From contig CAWJSJ010000002.1 in assembly GCA_963845565.1 (NCBI GenBank), forward strand, positions 1,664,001-1,728,000: 64,000 nt of DNA. Reading direction: 5' to 3'. Position numbers and translations under genes: made by a program. Below are positions 30,496 to 40,903 of this stretch, piece after piece (within the stretch, counting starts at the first letter, position 1; each line of letters begins with the position of its first letter). The notes below the pieces were generated by a model. It searched no databases. It saw nothing but the letters and a program-made list of their open reading frames with translations, and was not told where the DNA came from. The DNA is from an uncultured Methylomirabilota bacterium (GTDB lineage Bacteria; Methylomirabilota; Methylomirabilia; Methylomirabilales; 2-02-FULL-66-22).

Positions 30496-31892
30496 ATGAT
30501 GGGGGATACGTGGAAACCAACGGACCCGGGGCGAGCAGGGGCGGGGCGATTCCCGGTGTGGCTGGCGGTGCTGGCGGTCTGCGCCGGGTTGGCGAGTCCC
30601 GCGGCCGCCGGGACCATCTGGGATCGTGTGACGGAGACGATCTTGCCCAACGGCCTCAAGGTGCTTCTGATCGAAGAGCCCAAGGCGCCCGTGGTGACCG
30701 TCCAGATCTGGTACAAGGCCGGGGCCCGGAACGAGCCCCTGGGCAAGGGCGGCCTCGCCCACATGATGGAACACATGATGTTCAAGGGGACACCCAAGAC
30801 CGGCCCCAAGCAGTTCTCGATCATCGTGCAGCGGAACGGCGGCCAGGATAACGCCCACACGGCGCGGGACGCCGCGGCCTACTACGTGGACTTTGCCGCG
30901 GATCGCGTCAACCTCGGCCTCGAACTCGAGGCGGATCGGATGGTGAACGTCCTGTTCGAGGAGAAGGAGTTCCTGCCGGAGCGGGACGTGGTGTACGAGG
31001 AGCGGCGCCTCCGGTTCGAGGATCAGCCGTCCGCCACCCTGGGCGAGGTGATGCGGGCCACCGCCTTCATGGCCCACCCCTACGGGCGGCCGACCATCGG
31101 CTGGCCCAGCGAGATCAAAGGCTGGACCCTCCAGGATGCCAAACAGTTCTACCAGACGTATTACGCCCCGAATACCGCCACGCTGATCGTGGCGGGCGAC
31201 ATCAAGAAAGACGAGGTGCTCAAGAAGATCACGGAGCTGTTCGGGGCCATCCCCCGCGGGCCCGAGCCGCCACCCATGGTCATCCCCCAGGAACCGCCGC
31301 AGATCGGCGAGCGGCGGGTGTTCGTCCGCAAAGAGGCGGAGCTTCCGATCTTCTTCGCGGTCCACCACGTCCCGAACCTCACCCACGCGGACAGCGCCGC
31401 CCTGAACGTTCTCGCCTACGTGCTGGGCGGGGGGAGAGCGCCCGGCTCCACAAGAAGGTCGTCTACGAGCTGCAACTGGCCTCCTACGCCGGGGCGGACT
31501 ACAACCCGGTGTACAAGGATCCCTATCTGTTCGGCCTCAGCGCCGGCCCCCTGCCGGGCAAGACGGCGGAAGAGGTCGAGCGCGCCATGGTGGCCGAGGT
31601 GGAGCGCGTCCAGCAAGAGCCGATCACCGACCGGGAACTGCAGAAAGCCAAGAACCAGATCGAGGCCGAGTTTGTTTTCGCCCAGGACTCGGTCCACGCG
31701 CTGGCCAATCTCCTGGGTGCGTACGAGTCGGCGGCGAGCTGGAAGCTCCTGACGACCTACCTGGACGGTATCCGCAAGGTGACGATCGCGGATGTCCAGC
31801 GTGTGGCCCGCCAGTACATCGTGTCGGATAACCGGACCGTCGCCATTCTGATCCCGACCAAGCCGGGCGGCGGCGCCCCGCCGGCAAAGTAG
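30496..31892 (+). CDS. M16B peptidase, catalytic subunit (frameshift near 31435)
   Basis: HMMEH (HxxEH), ERDVVYEE, HPYGRP. Confidence 0.9.
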
Positions 31893-31902
31893 GAGGCGTG
31901 TG

Positions 31903-33273
31903 ATGAGAGGTACCTGGAACTGCCGGGGCAAATGGGAATGTCGCACGGTCCGATCGATCGAGCTCCTGGTCGGTGCCGTGCTCCTCATGGGGGCTGTCGC
32001 GGCTGAGGTCGAGGCAGCCGCCCTCGCGCAGCGCGAGGTGCTCCCCTCCGGGATGGTCCTCCTGGTCGCCGAGCGGCCGGCCGTGCCGATCGTGGCGGCC
32101 ACGCTGACGCTCCAGGCGGGTGCCGTCTTCGATCCGCCGACCAAGCCGGGGGTGGCAAACCTGACCGCGATCATGCTCAGCCAGGGGACCACGACCCGCA
32201 CCGCGCCACAGATCAGCGAGGCGATCGAGTTCGTCGGAGGCTCCTTGGGCGTGGAGTCCGGCACGGATACGGCGCGACTCTCCTTCTTGTTTCTGAGCAA
32301 AGATCTGGACCTGGCGTTGGATCTGATGGGCGATCTTCTGACCAATCCCACCTTCCCGCCGGCCGAGCTGGCAAAGAAGATTCCGGAGGTCCTGGCGGGC
32401 ATCAAGCGGAATCAGGAGGATCCCGGGACGGTGTCCTATGAAGCGTTCATGGCCCTGGTCTATGGCTCCCACCCGTACGGGCGACCGACCGAGGGCACCG
32501 AGGCCAGCGTGCCGACCATCACGCGGGACGACATCCTCGCGTTCTATAAGGAATACTACCGACCCAACCGGGCCGTCCTGACCGTGGTCGGGGACGTGCC
32601 GATGGCCGATCTGAAGTCACGCCTCCAGGCGCGACTGGGCGGCTGGACCCCGGGCGGGCAGCCCCTCGTCAAACCCGCCGCGCCCGCCGCGCTGGCGAAG
32701 GGCGTGACGAAGGCCATCCAGCGGGAGGTGACCCAGGCCGCCATCAATTTCGGCCACCTCGGGATCACCCGGGACAACCCCGATTACTACCCCGTCTACG
32801 TGATGAACTACCTGCTCGGCGGCGGCATGAACTCCCGCCTTCTCCAGAAGATCCGCGAGGAGAAGGGCTGGGCGTACGACGTCGGAAGCTCCTTCGCGCC
32901 GGGCAAGTACGCCGGGGACTTCAGCGTGACGATGCAGACCAAGAACGAGGTCGCCCAAGAGGCCATCGACGCCGCGCTGGCGGAGATCCGGCGCATCCGT
33001 GACCAGTCCGTCTCCGCCCAGGAGTTGGCCGACGCCAAGGCCTACCTCACCGGGAGCTTCCCCCTGCGGCTCGACACCTCGGCCAAGGTGGTCGGCATGC
33101 TGGCGTCCATCGAGCAGAACGGTCTCGGCCTGGATTACGTGGAGCGTTATCCGATCCTCATCAATGCCGTGACGGCCGCGGATGTCCAGCGGGTGGCGCA
33201 GAAATATCTCGATCCCGAAACGTATGCGCTGGCGATTGTCGCGGACCTGACCAAGGCCAAGCTCAAGCCATAG
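31903..33273 (+). CDS. M16B peptidase, non-catalytic partner subunit
   Basis: M16 fold motifs without HxxEH; IREEKGWAY (R/Y pair). Confidence 0.88.
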   Translation: MRGTWNCRGKWECRTVRSIELLVGAVLLMGAVAAEVEAAALAQREVLPSGMVLLVAERPAVPIVAATLTLQAGAVFDPPTKPGVANLTAIMLSQGTTTRTAPQISEAIEFVGGSLGVESGTDTARLSFLFLSKDLDLALDLMGDLLTNPTFPPAELAKKIPEVLAGIKRNQEDPGTVSYEAFMALVYGSHPYGRPTEGTEASVPTITRDDILAFYKEYYRPNRAVLTVVGDVPMADLKSRLQARLGGWTPGGQPLVKPAAPAALAKGVTKAIQREVTQAAINFGHLGITRDNPDYYPVYVMNYLLGGGMNSRLLQKIREEKGWAYDVGSSFAPGKYAGDFSVTMQTKNEVAQEAIDAALAEIRRIRDQSVSAQELADAKAYLTGSFPLRLDTSAKVVGMLASIEQNGLGLDYVERYPILINAVTAADVQRVAQKYLDPETYALAIVADLTKAKLKP

Positions 33274-33329
33274 CGCCGGGGCGCCTGCGGGCGGGACCGG
33301 TCCCATGGCACCAGGAGGGAGCCAAGCCC

Positions 33330-33746
33330 ATGAATATTCCCCGGCGGTTCGTAGTCTCCGGAGCGGTCACACTCGGGTTGCTCGGCGCCGGCATATCCGG
33401 GGAGGTGCGCGCGCAGGAAATCCCGTGCACGGAAGAGATCCGGACGCTCTGTGCCGATGTGCAGCCCGGGGGTGGACGGATCCTGCAGTGCCTCAAGAAC
33501 AATGCGTCGAAGCTGTCGCCCGCCTGCACCGGGCGGGTGAACGATCTCCAGGGGACCGTGAGCGGTCCATTGGGTGCGTGTCGGGACGATTGGGCGGCGT
33601 TGTGTTATCATCCGCGCGTCTCGACCGGCCGTCAGGAAATGATTCAGTGCCTGAAGGCGCATCAGGCGAAGGTGTCGGCCGGGTGTCAGAAAGCGCTGCA
33701 AGGGATAAGCGGGAAGCGACAACAGCCGGGCGGGACGACCCCCTGA
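33330..33746 (+). CDS. Exported cysteine-rich repeat protein (GLG1-type repeats)
   Basis: Two C-x7-C...CL..(N/H)...S..C repeats. Confidence 0.8.
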   Translation: MNIPRRFVVSGAVTLGLLGAGISGEVRAQEIPCTEEIRTLCADVQPGGGRILQCLKNNASKLSPACTGRVNDLQGTVSGPLGACRDDWAALCYHPRVSTGRQEMIQCLKAHQAKVSAGCQKALQGISGKRQQPGGTTP

Positions 33747-33920
33747 GGCGATAGCGCCCCCCCGGCGCCGCCTTTCGGGTAGGCCTACCCCGTTTGGAGT
33801 ACCCGGCAATCCCCCCGGCGCGAGGGGCATTTGCTGGGGAGCCGCCCGCCCGCCGCGTAACTCCCCGCCAGCACGGCCTCGGGGCAGGTCCCGGGGCCCG
33901 GGCACCCGCCCGGCAGCGCC

Positions 33921-33936
33921 TGGCACAGATCGTGCT
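33921..33936 (+). promoter_or_regulatory. Putative sigma54 promoter
   Basis: TGGCACAGATCGTGCT with correctly spaced GG/GC, 130 nt upstream of ATG 34068. Confidence 0.6.
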
Positions 33937-34067
33937 CTTGTCTCTGGCTGTTCGCATCAACCGGAACCCCGCAGAGAATCCTGTGGGGTGCAAACCTGGC
34001 AGCGACGGGCTGCCGGCCCCACGACGGACCGTCGGGGGGCACAACAGATCGGATAGGAGGGAGTCCC

Positions 34068-34464
34068 ATGAAGAAGGTGCTGGTCGTGTTCGCCGCCCTG
34101 CTGTTCACGGTGGCCGTCGTCGCACCGGTGTTCGCCCAGGGAACGCCGGCCCCGGCAGGCGCCCCGGCCGTCAAGGGCACCGAGGGCCCGGATGTGCGCA
34201 AGGTCGAGCCCAAGGGCACCGAGGGCCCGGATGTGCGCAAGGCCAAGAAGAAGACCGCCTCGTCGGCCGCCCCGAAGGTGAAGGGCACGGAAGGGCCCGG
34301 ATGTGCGCAAGGTCGAGCCCAAGGGCACCGAGGGCCCGGATGTGAAGAAGGCCAAGAAGAAGACCGCCTCGTCTGCCGCCCCGAAGGTCAAGGGCACCGA
34401 GGGTCCGGATGTGCGCAAGGTCGAGCCCAAGGGCACCGAGGGCCCGGATGTGAAGAAGAAGTAG
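34068..34464 (+). CDS. Exported Lys-rich protein with six KGTEGPDV(R/K)K repeats (one-base insertion near 34293)
   Basis: AGGAGG RBS, signal peptide ..VFA-Q, 108-nt tandem unit; extra G versus the repeat consensus. Confidence 0.85.
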
Positions 34465-34489
34465 TCGTCGTCGGGTAAGGCTACACACC

Positions 34490-34529
34490 GCAACGCGCCG
34501 GTCGGTTCGCCGACCGGCGCGTTGCTTTT
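34490..34529 (+). terminator. Intrinsic terminator
   Basis: Perfect 16-bp stem, TTCG loop, TTTT. Confidence 0.88.
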
Positions 34530-34845
34530 GGGTGCCTTGCTACCTCTGCCGAGGATGATCGCCACGCCCGCGCCGCGTGCCGACGTCGTGACGCGCGTCG
34601 CGATCTTGCCGGCTTCCCCTCCTCAGCCGGTTTACGATCTCCCCTTGGAGTCCGTCCGGAAACCAGTTGCGTCAGGCCGAGAAACGATGGAGAATTCGCC
34701 CAATTGCCGTCCCACGGCCGCCGGGTGGCGACACGGAGGATAAGGGGATGGCAGAGAAACAGCGGGGAAGTTTGGGGAATACGGGAAGACATTTCGGCAC
34801 ATTTCCTCGACGCCCACCGTTCCGCTTCACCCGGCGATCCAGGCC

Positions 34846-35751
34846 ATGCTGGCGGCGGAGGTCCCCGGTCCCCCTCTGGATGCGATGCCGATAAACGAAG
34901 CACGCGTCCTGCGGGAAGGGATGATGCTCCAGCGGCCGAGACGGGACGAGCCGGTGGCCCGCGTCGAGGACTGGATGATCCCCGGGTCCGGTCTCGGCAT
35001 CCCGGCGCGCGTCTATACCCCGTCGGGGAAGGTGGGACCGCATCCGATCCTGGTCTTTTTCCACGGTGGAGGTTGGGTCTTCGGCACGCTGGAGACGCAC
35101 GGCGATATCTGCCGCACGCTGTGCCACCGATCCGGCAGCTTGGTCGTCTCGGTGGACTACCGGCGGGCACCGGAACACCGATTTCCAGCGGCGCTGGAGG
35201 ACTGCTGCGCCGCGGTGCGGTGGTGCGCGGGCCATGCGGCCGAGATCGGCGGCGACCCCACGCGACTGGCAGTCGCCGGCGATAGCGCTGGCGGGAACCT
35301 GGCGGCGGCCGTGGCCCTGCGCGGTCGAGACGATGGCGGCCCGACGCTCGCCTTGCAGGTGCTGATCTATCCCGTCACCAATTGTGCTTTCGACACGGCA
35401 TCCTATCACCAGTATGCCTCGGGGTACGGATTGACGCGGGACATGATGCGGTATTTCTGGAAGAGCTATCTGTCGCGCCCAGCCGACGCCAACCACCCCG
35501 CCGCCTCGCCGCTCCAGGCCGCCGACCTCGCCGGTCTGCCGCCGGCCCTCGTCCTGACCGCTCAGTACGACGTGCTGCGGGACGAGGGGGAAGCCTATGC
35601 CGCCCGCCTGGCGCAGGCCGCGGTTCCTGTTCGCTGCACCCGGTACCTGGAGATGAACCACGGATTCGTGCAGCTCGGTGCGCTTTGCGAGCCGGCCCTG
35701 CAGGGGTTGATGGAGATTGCGGAGAGCGTGCGTACCAGCTTCGCCCGGTAG
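34846..35751 (+). CDS. HSL-family alpha/beta hydrolase (esterase); true start may be upstream
   Basis: HGGGW, GDSAGG, YDVLRDEG, MNHGF. Confidence 0.92.
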   Translation: MLAAEVPGPPLDAMPINEARVLREGMMLQRPRRDEPVARVEDWMIPGSGLGIPARVYTPSGKVGPHPILVFFHGGGWVFGTLETHGDICRTLCHRSGSLVVSVDYRRAPEHRFPAALEDCCAAVRWCAGHAAEIGGDPTRLAVAGDSAGGNLAAAVALRGRDDGGPTLALQVLIYPVTNCAFDTASYHQYASGYGLTRDMMRYFWKSYLSRPADANHPAASPLQAADLAGLPPALVLTAQYDVLRDEGEAYAARLAQAAVPVRCTRYLEMNHGFVQLGALCEPALQGLMEIAESVRTSFAR

Positions 35752-35765
35752 TCTGAGGAGACCAC

Positions 35766-36473
35766 ATGCGATTGCTGCTCATCAGCAACTCGATGACCGA
35801 GGGGATGGGGTACCTGGAGCACGCCAAGCCGGCGGTTCACGACTTCTTCGATGGGGGCGTCCGGCGCGCCCTCTTCCTGCCCTACGCCCGGGTCATGACG
35901 AGCTATGACGCCTACCTGGAGCAGGTCGCGCCGCCGTTTCGCGATCTGGGCTGCGAGGTCGTCGGCATTCACCGGCTCCCGGACCCGGTGCAGGCCGTGG
36001 ATGCGGCGGAGGCGATCCTGGTGGGCGGGGGCAACACCTGGCACCTGGCGCGGGAGGTCCACCGGCTGATGCTGGCCGACCCGATCCGCCGGAAGGTCCG
36101 GGGCGGAACGCCCTACATCGGCTGGAGCGCCGGGAGCAACCTGGCCTGTCCGACGTTCCAGACCACCAACGACATGCCGATCTGTGAGCCGCTGGGGCTC
36201 GATGGGTTGGGACTGGTCCCCTTCCAGCTCAACCCGCACTACCTGGATGGCAATCCGCCGGGGTTCAAGGGCGAGACGCGGGAGGAGCGGATCCGGGAGT
36301 ATCTGGAGCTGCACCCCGACGTCTGGGTGGTCGGCCTCCGCGAAGGGACGATGCTCCGCGTCGAGGACGGGGAGATCCGGCTGATCGGAGAGCGCCCGTG
36401 CCGGGTGTTCAGGAAAGGCGCGGAGCCCCGGGAGTGTGGTGCGAGCGACTCCCTCACCTACCTGCGAAAATAG
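35766..36473 (+). CDS. pepE: Dipeptidase E (S51)
   Basis: LLLISNS, VGGGNT, GWSAGSN, TTNDMP, QLNPHY, GETREERI. Confidence 0.93.
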   Translation: MRLLLISNSMTEGMGYLEHAKPAVHDFFDGGVRRALFLPYARVMTSYDAYLEQVAPPFRDLGCEVVGIHRLPDPVQAVDAAEAILVGGGNTWHLAREVHRLMLADPIRRKVRGGTPYIGWSAGSNLACPTFQTTNDMPICEPLGLDGLGLVPFQLNPHYLDGNPPGFKGETREERIREYLELHPDVWVVGLREGTMLRVEDGEIRLIGERPCRVFRKGAEPRECGASDSLTYLRK

Positions 36474-36533
36474 TCCGACCGTTCCTGGTCACTCCTGCGC
36501 GACGACGCCGACGACAACGAGAGGGATGATGGC

Positions 36534-37991
36534 ATGAGACTCCCAGCCAACAAGACGAAGATCGTCTGTACGATCGGCCCGGCATCGGAGTCCCAGGACA
36601 TGATGGAGCGCATGCTCGACGCGGGGATGAGCGTGGCTCGACTGAATTTCTCGCACGGCGATTTCGCCACCCACGCCAAGGTGATCGAGACCCTCCGCGC
36701 CGCGGCCAAGGCGACCGGCCGGCGAGTTGCGATCATGGGCGATCTTCCCGGCCCGAAGATGCGCATCGGACAGCTGGCCGAAGAGCCGGTCGAGCTCAAG
36801 CCCGGCGACATCTTTACCTTGACGACGCAGGAGGTGCTCGGGGATGCCGGGCGCGCCTCGGTCAGCTTCGACCGCCTCCCGCAGGTTGTGAAGCCGAAGG
36901 ACGCCCTGTTCCTGAATGACGGGATCATTCAGCTCGAGGTGGTGGCGGTCCGAGGTGCGGAGGTCGCCTGCCGAGTGGCGGTGGGCGGCGAGCTCCGCTC
37001 GCGCAAGGGTCTCAATTTGCCGGGGATCGACCTGGGCATCAGCGCGTTCACCGACCACGACGCCGAGTGCCTGCGGTTCGCCGCGGCCCAGGGCCTGGAT
37101 GCCGTCAGCCAGTCCTTCGTGGAGTCCGCGGATGACATCCTGACGCTCCGCAAGGCCGCAGAGGACATCGGGTACCGGCCCTTCGTCATCGCCAAGATCG
37201 AGCGCGCCCGGGCGCGCGACCACATCGAGGCCATCCTGGATGCGGCGGACGGCATCATGGTCGCGCGGGGGGACCTGGGGGTCGAGATTCCCATCCAGAT
37301 GATCCCCATCGTGCAGAAATGGCTCGTGCGCCAGGCGAATCTCCGGGGCAAGCCGGCGATCACGGCCACGCACATGCTGGAGTCCATGACGACCAGTCGC
37401 CGGCCGACCCGCGCCGAGGCCACGGACGTCGCCAACGCCATCCTGGACGGGACCGACTGCGTCATGCTATCCGGCGAATCGGCCATGGGAAAGTACCCCG
37501 TCGAGGCGGTGGCCATGCTGGCCGCCATTGCCGAGGCTATCGAGCCGTGCAGGCCGAGCCAGGCGGTCCGGGAGACGCTGCGGGCGAACGACTCGCGGGC
37601 CGAGGTGACCGTCACGGATCTGATCGCGCGGAGCGTCGAGACGACCCTGGAGCAGATCGCACCCGCCGCGGTGTTCGTTCCCACCCACAGCGGAGTCACG
37701 GCCAGGCGCATCACCCGGTTCCGGCTCCCGGTGTGGATCGTGGCGGTGAGTTCGCAGGAGACGACCTGCCAGCGACTCCAGTTCTCCTACGGAGTGTTCC
37801 CGGCACACGAGCCGGAGCATCCGGAAGATTGGAACGGCTATGTACGGGAGTGGCTTCGGGCGCACGAAGTGGAGGGCGATCTCGTGGTCCTGACGGAAGG
37901 CCCGTCGTCGAAGCGGCCCGAGACCAACAACCGGATGGAGATTATTGGCCTGGGCGGCCGCCCGGACGTCAGGAGACCTCCCGGCGCTTAG
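36534..37991 (+). CDS. pyk: Pyruvate kinase
   Basis: TKIVCTIGPAS, RLNFSHG, IAKIE, MVARGDLGVE, PTRAEATD, MLSGE. Confidence 0.96.
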   Translation: MRLPANKTKIVCTIGPASESQDMMERMLDAGMSVARLNFSHGDFATHAKVIETLRAAAKATGRRVAIMGDLPGPKMRIGQLAEEPVELKPGDIFTLTTQEVLGDAGRASVSFDRLPQVVKPKDALFLNDGIIQLEVVAVRGAEVACRVAVGGELRSRKGLNLPGIDLGISAFTDHDAECLRFAAAQGLDAVSQSFVESADDILTLRKAAEDIGYRPFVIAKIERARARDHIEAILDAADGIMVARGDLGVEIPIQMIPIVQKWLVRQANLRGKPAITATHMLESMTTSRRPTRAEATDVANAILDGTDCVMLSGESAMGKYPVEAVAMLAAIAEAIEPCRPSQAVRETLRANDSRAEVTVTDLIARSVETTLEQIAPAAVFVPTHSGVTARRITRFRLPVWIVAVSSQETTCQRLQFSYGVFPAHEPEHPEDWNGYVREWLRAHEVEGDLVVLTEGPSSKRPETNNRMEIIGLGGRPDVRRPPGA

Positions 37992-38092
37992 GAGCCGTTA
38001 CGAAATAACCTATACATCTCTTTCTATTTCGTTACGGCTCCTTATGCCGTTTGGGAATGTCTCCGCTCAACCAATTCTTTGACAACGGCTTA
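37988..38092. mobile_element. MITE-like element family B, copy 1
   Basis: AT-rich 105 bp, TTA-GGAGCCGTTACGAAAT..ATTTCGTTACGGCTCC-TTA plus second hairpin GCCGTT..AACGGC-TTA; copies at 45916 and 56553. Confidence 0.8.
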
Positions 38093-38340
38093 GCGAGGAG
38101 GCGGTCTCTCGGATCCGATCCGCGGCGTCGCTCTCGTCCCCGTGCGACGCGGTTTCCGAATCCTCCGCAGTCGTCCCACCGGATGTGAGTGTCCGCACGC
38201 CAGGTCATCGCTCGGCGTTCCGCTCCTGCCCGAATATCCTCTGGATGGGGGCGAATCGGTCGTGTATACTCAAAAGTTGTGGAACGATGCACCTCACACG
38301 TGAATCGGACGGTGGTATTTTTCGACGGAGGGAGCACATC

Positions 38341-38799
38341 GTGAAATGGTGGATGGCCGTAGGCTTTTTGGCGTGCTGTACGATCACTCCGCCGGTGACG
38401 TTGGTCTCGGCCGAGGCGCAAGACGCGGTCCGGGCGCCGACCGCCAGAGCACAGGATGGCGGCAAACCCCAAGACGGCGTCAAGCCGCCTGATCGCCAGA
38501 TGCAGGCCGAGGCGTATTACGAGCTCGGCGTGATGTATCACGAGCGAGTGTTCGAGTCGCTGGATCTGGCCATCGCCGAGTACGAGAAGGCCGTGAAGGC
38601 GAAGCCGGACTATGCCGAGGCTCACTACAACCTGGCGCTGTCCTACCACACCAAGGCCAAGCTGGGGACGGACGACAAGGCGCTGTACAGGAAGGCCGTG
38701 GCCGAGTACAAGCTGTATCTGCGGTACAGTCCCCAAGGAGATCTGGCGAACAAGGCCAAGCAGAATATCCGGGTTGTGGAAGCCAAGCTTCGCGAGTGA
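38341..38799 (+). CDS. Exported tetratricopeptide repeat protein
   Basis: AEAYYELG, AEAHYNLA TPR motifs; GGAGGGAG RBS before GTG. Confidence 0.85.
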   Translation: MKWWMAVGFLACCTITPPVTLVSAEAQDAVRAPTARAQDGGKPQDGVKPPDRQMQAEAYYELGVMYHERVFESLDLAIAEYEKAVKAKPDYAEAHYNLALSYHTKAKLGTDDKALYRKAVAEYKLYLRYSPQGDLANKAKQNIRVVEAKLRE

Positions 38800-38823
38800 C
38801 GTGTGGATCGGGAGAACGGGTCC

Positions 38824-39900
38824 ATGGGATGGTGTGCGCTGTGTGCGCAGGATGCGGGCGGGTGGAGTCGCCGCCAGTTTCTCCTGGCGGTATCCCAGGC
38901 CTGTGTGGCCATGGGCGCGTTGCCCAGATCGGCTGCCGGTCTTTCCATCTACGATGAATCCGGCGACGTGACCATCGGCCGCGAGGCGGACCCCGAAATC
39001 CTCAAGCGATTCGGCTACTACGAATCCCCGGATTTGCAGAATTACGTCGCCCAGGTCGGCCAGCGCGTGGTGGCGGCGTCGGATACCCGTTTCAACTTCC
39101 AGTTCAAGGTGGTGGACCAACCCTACATCAACGCCATGGCCCTGCCGGGCGGATTCGTCTACGTGACCCGCGGCATCCTGGCCGAGATGAACGACGAGGC
39201 GCAGCTCGCCGGTATCCTGGGGCATGAGGCCACGCACGTCAATTCCCGCCACGGCGCCAAGCTGATGACCAAGGCGATGGCGACACAGATCGCCACACTC
39301 CTCGGGATCGGGGCGGCCGCCGCGGCCGGCAGCGGCGCCACGGCCGGGGCCGTGGCGACGATCGCAAACCACATGACCAATTACATGCTTCTGGGGTATG
39401 GGCGAGAGTACGAATTGGAGGCGGACGAGGTCGGTTTGCGCTATGCCAGGCAGGCCGGATACGATCCCCGCCGGATGGTGTCCATGCTCCGATGGATGCG
39501 CCGGAACGACATGCTTCGCGGGCAGAAACTCTACCACGGCTTCGAGGCGTCCCATCCCGATACCGCCATACGGATTGCCAAGGCCGACACCATGGCGCAC
39601 ATGCTGATTGCCGAAAAGGGGCCCCTGGAGGTCCGGGGGAACGAATTCCGGACCCATCTGGACGGCCTGCGGTATGGTGAGGCCAAGGAGCAGCGGCGCC
39701 TCCGGACTTACGTGGTGAAGCCCGGAGACACGCTGGCCAGCATCGCCCGGAGCGAGCTCAATAACGAAGGGCGCCGCTTCGAACTGGCCAGCCTGAACGA
39801 CCTTCGCGATGACGCAGTGCCGGAACCGGGCACGCGCCTCAAGCTGGTGGTCCCGGCAACCAGCAGCGGTTCTATGGATCTGAAGCTGACCCCCCAGTGA
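38824..39900 (+). CDS. M48 metalloprotease with C-terminal LysM and Tat-like signal
   Basis: SRRQFL, NAMALPGG, HEATH, ELEAD, YVVKPGDTLASIA. Confidence 0.9.
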   Translation: MGWCALCAQDAGGWSRRQFLLAVSQACVAMGALPRSAAGLSIYDESGDVTIGREADPEILKRFGYYESPDLQNYVAQVGQRVVAASDTRFNFQFKVVDQPYINAMALPGGFVYVTRGILAEMNDEAQLAGILGHEATHVNSRHGAKLMTKAMATQIATLLGIGAAAAAGSGATAGAVATIANHMTNYMLLGYGREYELEADEVGLRYARQAGYDPRRMVSMLRWMRRNDMLRGQKLYHGFEASHPDTAIRIAKADTMAHMLIAEKGPLEVRGNEFRTHLDGLRYGEAKEQRRLRTYVVKPGDTLASIARSELNNEGRRFELASLNDLRDDAVPEPGTRLKLVVPATSSGSMDLKLTPQ

Positions 39901-40007
39901 CGCGCTGTCGCGCGACGCCGCGTCCGGGATGACGTCCCGTCTGACCGGGCTTGGGCCTCCTGCGGCGCGTAGATGTCCGCGCCATTCCCACCCTCCGGAT
40001 CATCGCC

Positions 40008-40739
40008 GTGCCACACCGCGATTATAACAACAAGACGGAGCAGCGGGCGGCCATCGAGCGGATGTTCTCGGCGATCGCCCCGCGATATGACATGCTCAAT
40101 CGGCTACTCAGCGCCGGGCGCGACCGCGTCTGGCGGCGCGAGGCCGTTCGGGCGGCCCGCCTTCCCCCGGACGGGCGACTGCTCGACGTTTGCACGGGAA
40201 CGGCCGATATGGCCCTGGAGGCCGCCCGACAATATCCCGGCGCCCGCATCGCCGGCGTGGACTTCAGCGGCGCCATGATCGACTTGGGTCGGCGGAAGGT
40301 GTTCGACGCCGGGCGTGCGGATCGGGTGGCGTTGTCGGTGGCGCCCGCCGAGGCGTTGCCGTTTGCCGAGGGAATCTTCGATGCCGCCACGGTGGCTTTC
40401 GGCCTCCGCAATGTTCCGGATCGTCGCCAGGCGCTCGTCGAGATGCACCGCGTCCTCAGACCGGGAGGGCGGGCAGTGGTCCTGGAGTTCACGACGCCGC
40501 CGGGGCGGATGTTCCGCAAGATCTACCTGTGGTATTTCCGTCGGGTCCTCCCCCTTATCGGTGGATGGATCTCGGGGCACCGGACGGCGTACGCCTACCT
40601 GCCGGCATCGGTGGGGGAATTCCCGTCGCCAGACGGAGTGGCCGCCTGGTTGCGGGAGGTGGGATTCCGGGAAGTGTCGTACCGCCTCATGACCTTTGGG
40701 ATCGTGGCTATTCACGTGGGAGTCAAAAAGAGCCTCTAG
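40008..40739 (+). CDS. menG: Demethylmenaquinone methyltransferase UbiE/MenG
   Basis: MFSAIAPRYDMLNRLLS, LDVCTGTAD, AFGLRNV, AYAYLPASV. Confidence 0.9.
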   Translation: MPHRDYNNKTEQRAAIERMFSAIAPRYDMLNRLLSAGRDRVWRREAVRAARLPPDGRLLDVCTGTADMALEAARQYPGARIAGVDFSGAMIDLGRRKVFDAGRADRVALSVAPAEALPFAEGIFDAATVAFGLRNVPDRRQALVEMHRVLRPGGRAVVLEFTTPPGRMFRKIYLWYFRRVLPLIGGWISGHRTAYAYLPASVGEFPSPDGVAAWLREVGFREVSYRLMTFGIVAIHVGVKKSL

Positions 40740-40786
40740 GTTTGAGCGCTCGGCCATCGCCCATGAGTTGAACGGCGCAGCAAGTG

Positions 40787-40815
40787 TTGGCCCCGGGTTG
40801 GTCCGGAGGTATAAT
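40787..40815 (+). promoter_or_regulatory. Putative sigma70 promoter of the TA pair
   Basis: TTGGCC-17 nt-TATAAT. Confidence 0.65.
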
Positions 40816-40903
40816 CAGATTATAGATTGTTGGGAGTTAGAGCCGGGCCCAGTCTGAAGTGCGGTCAGGTCTGGTTGGTTCCCGAAAAACCGGGGAGGAT
40901 AAA

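Noticed and set aside
11030..31440. Programmed frameshifting or phase variation in the split genes
   Set aside because: Too many unrelated genes are affected and they share no slippery motif; sequencing indels are more parsimonious
34172..34464. Regular direct repeats resembling a CRISPR array
   Set aside because: Spacers are themselves repeated, units are multiples of 3 nt within a signal-peptide ORF, and no cas genes are present
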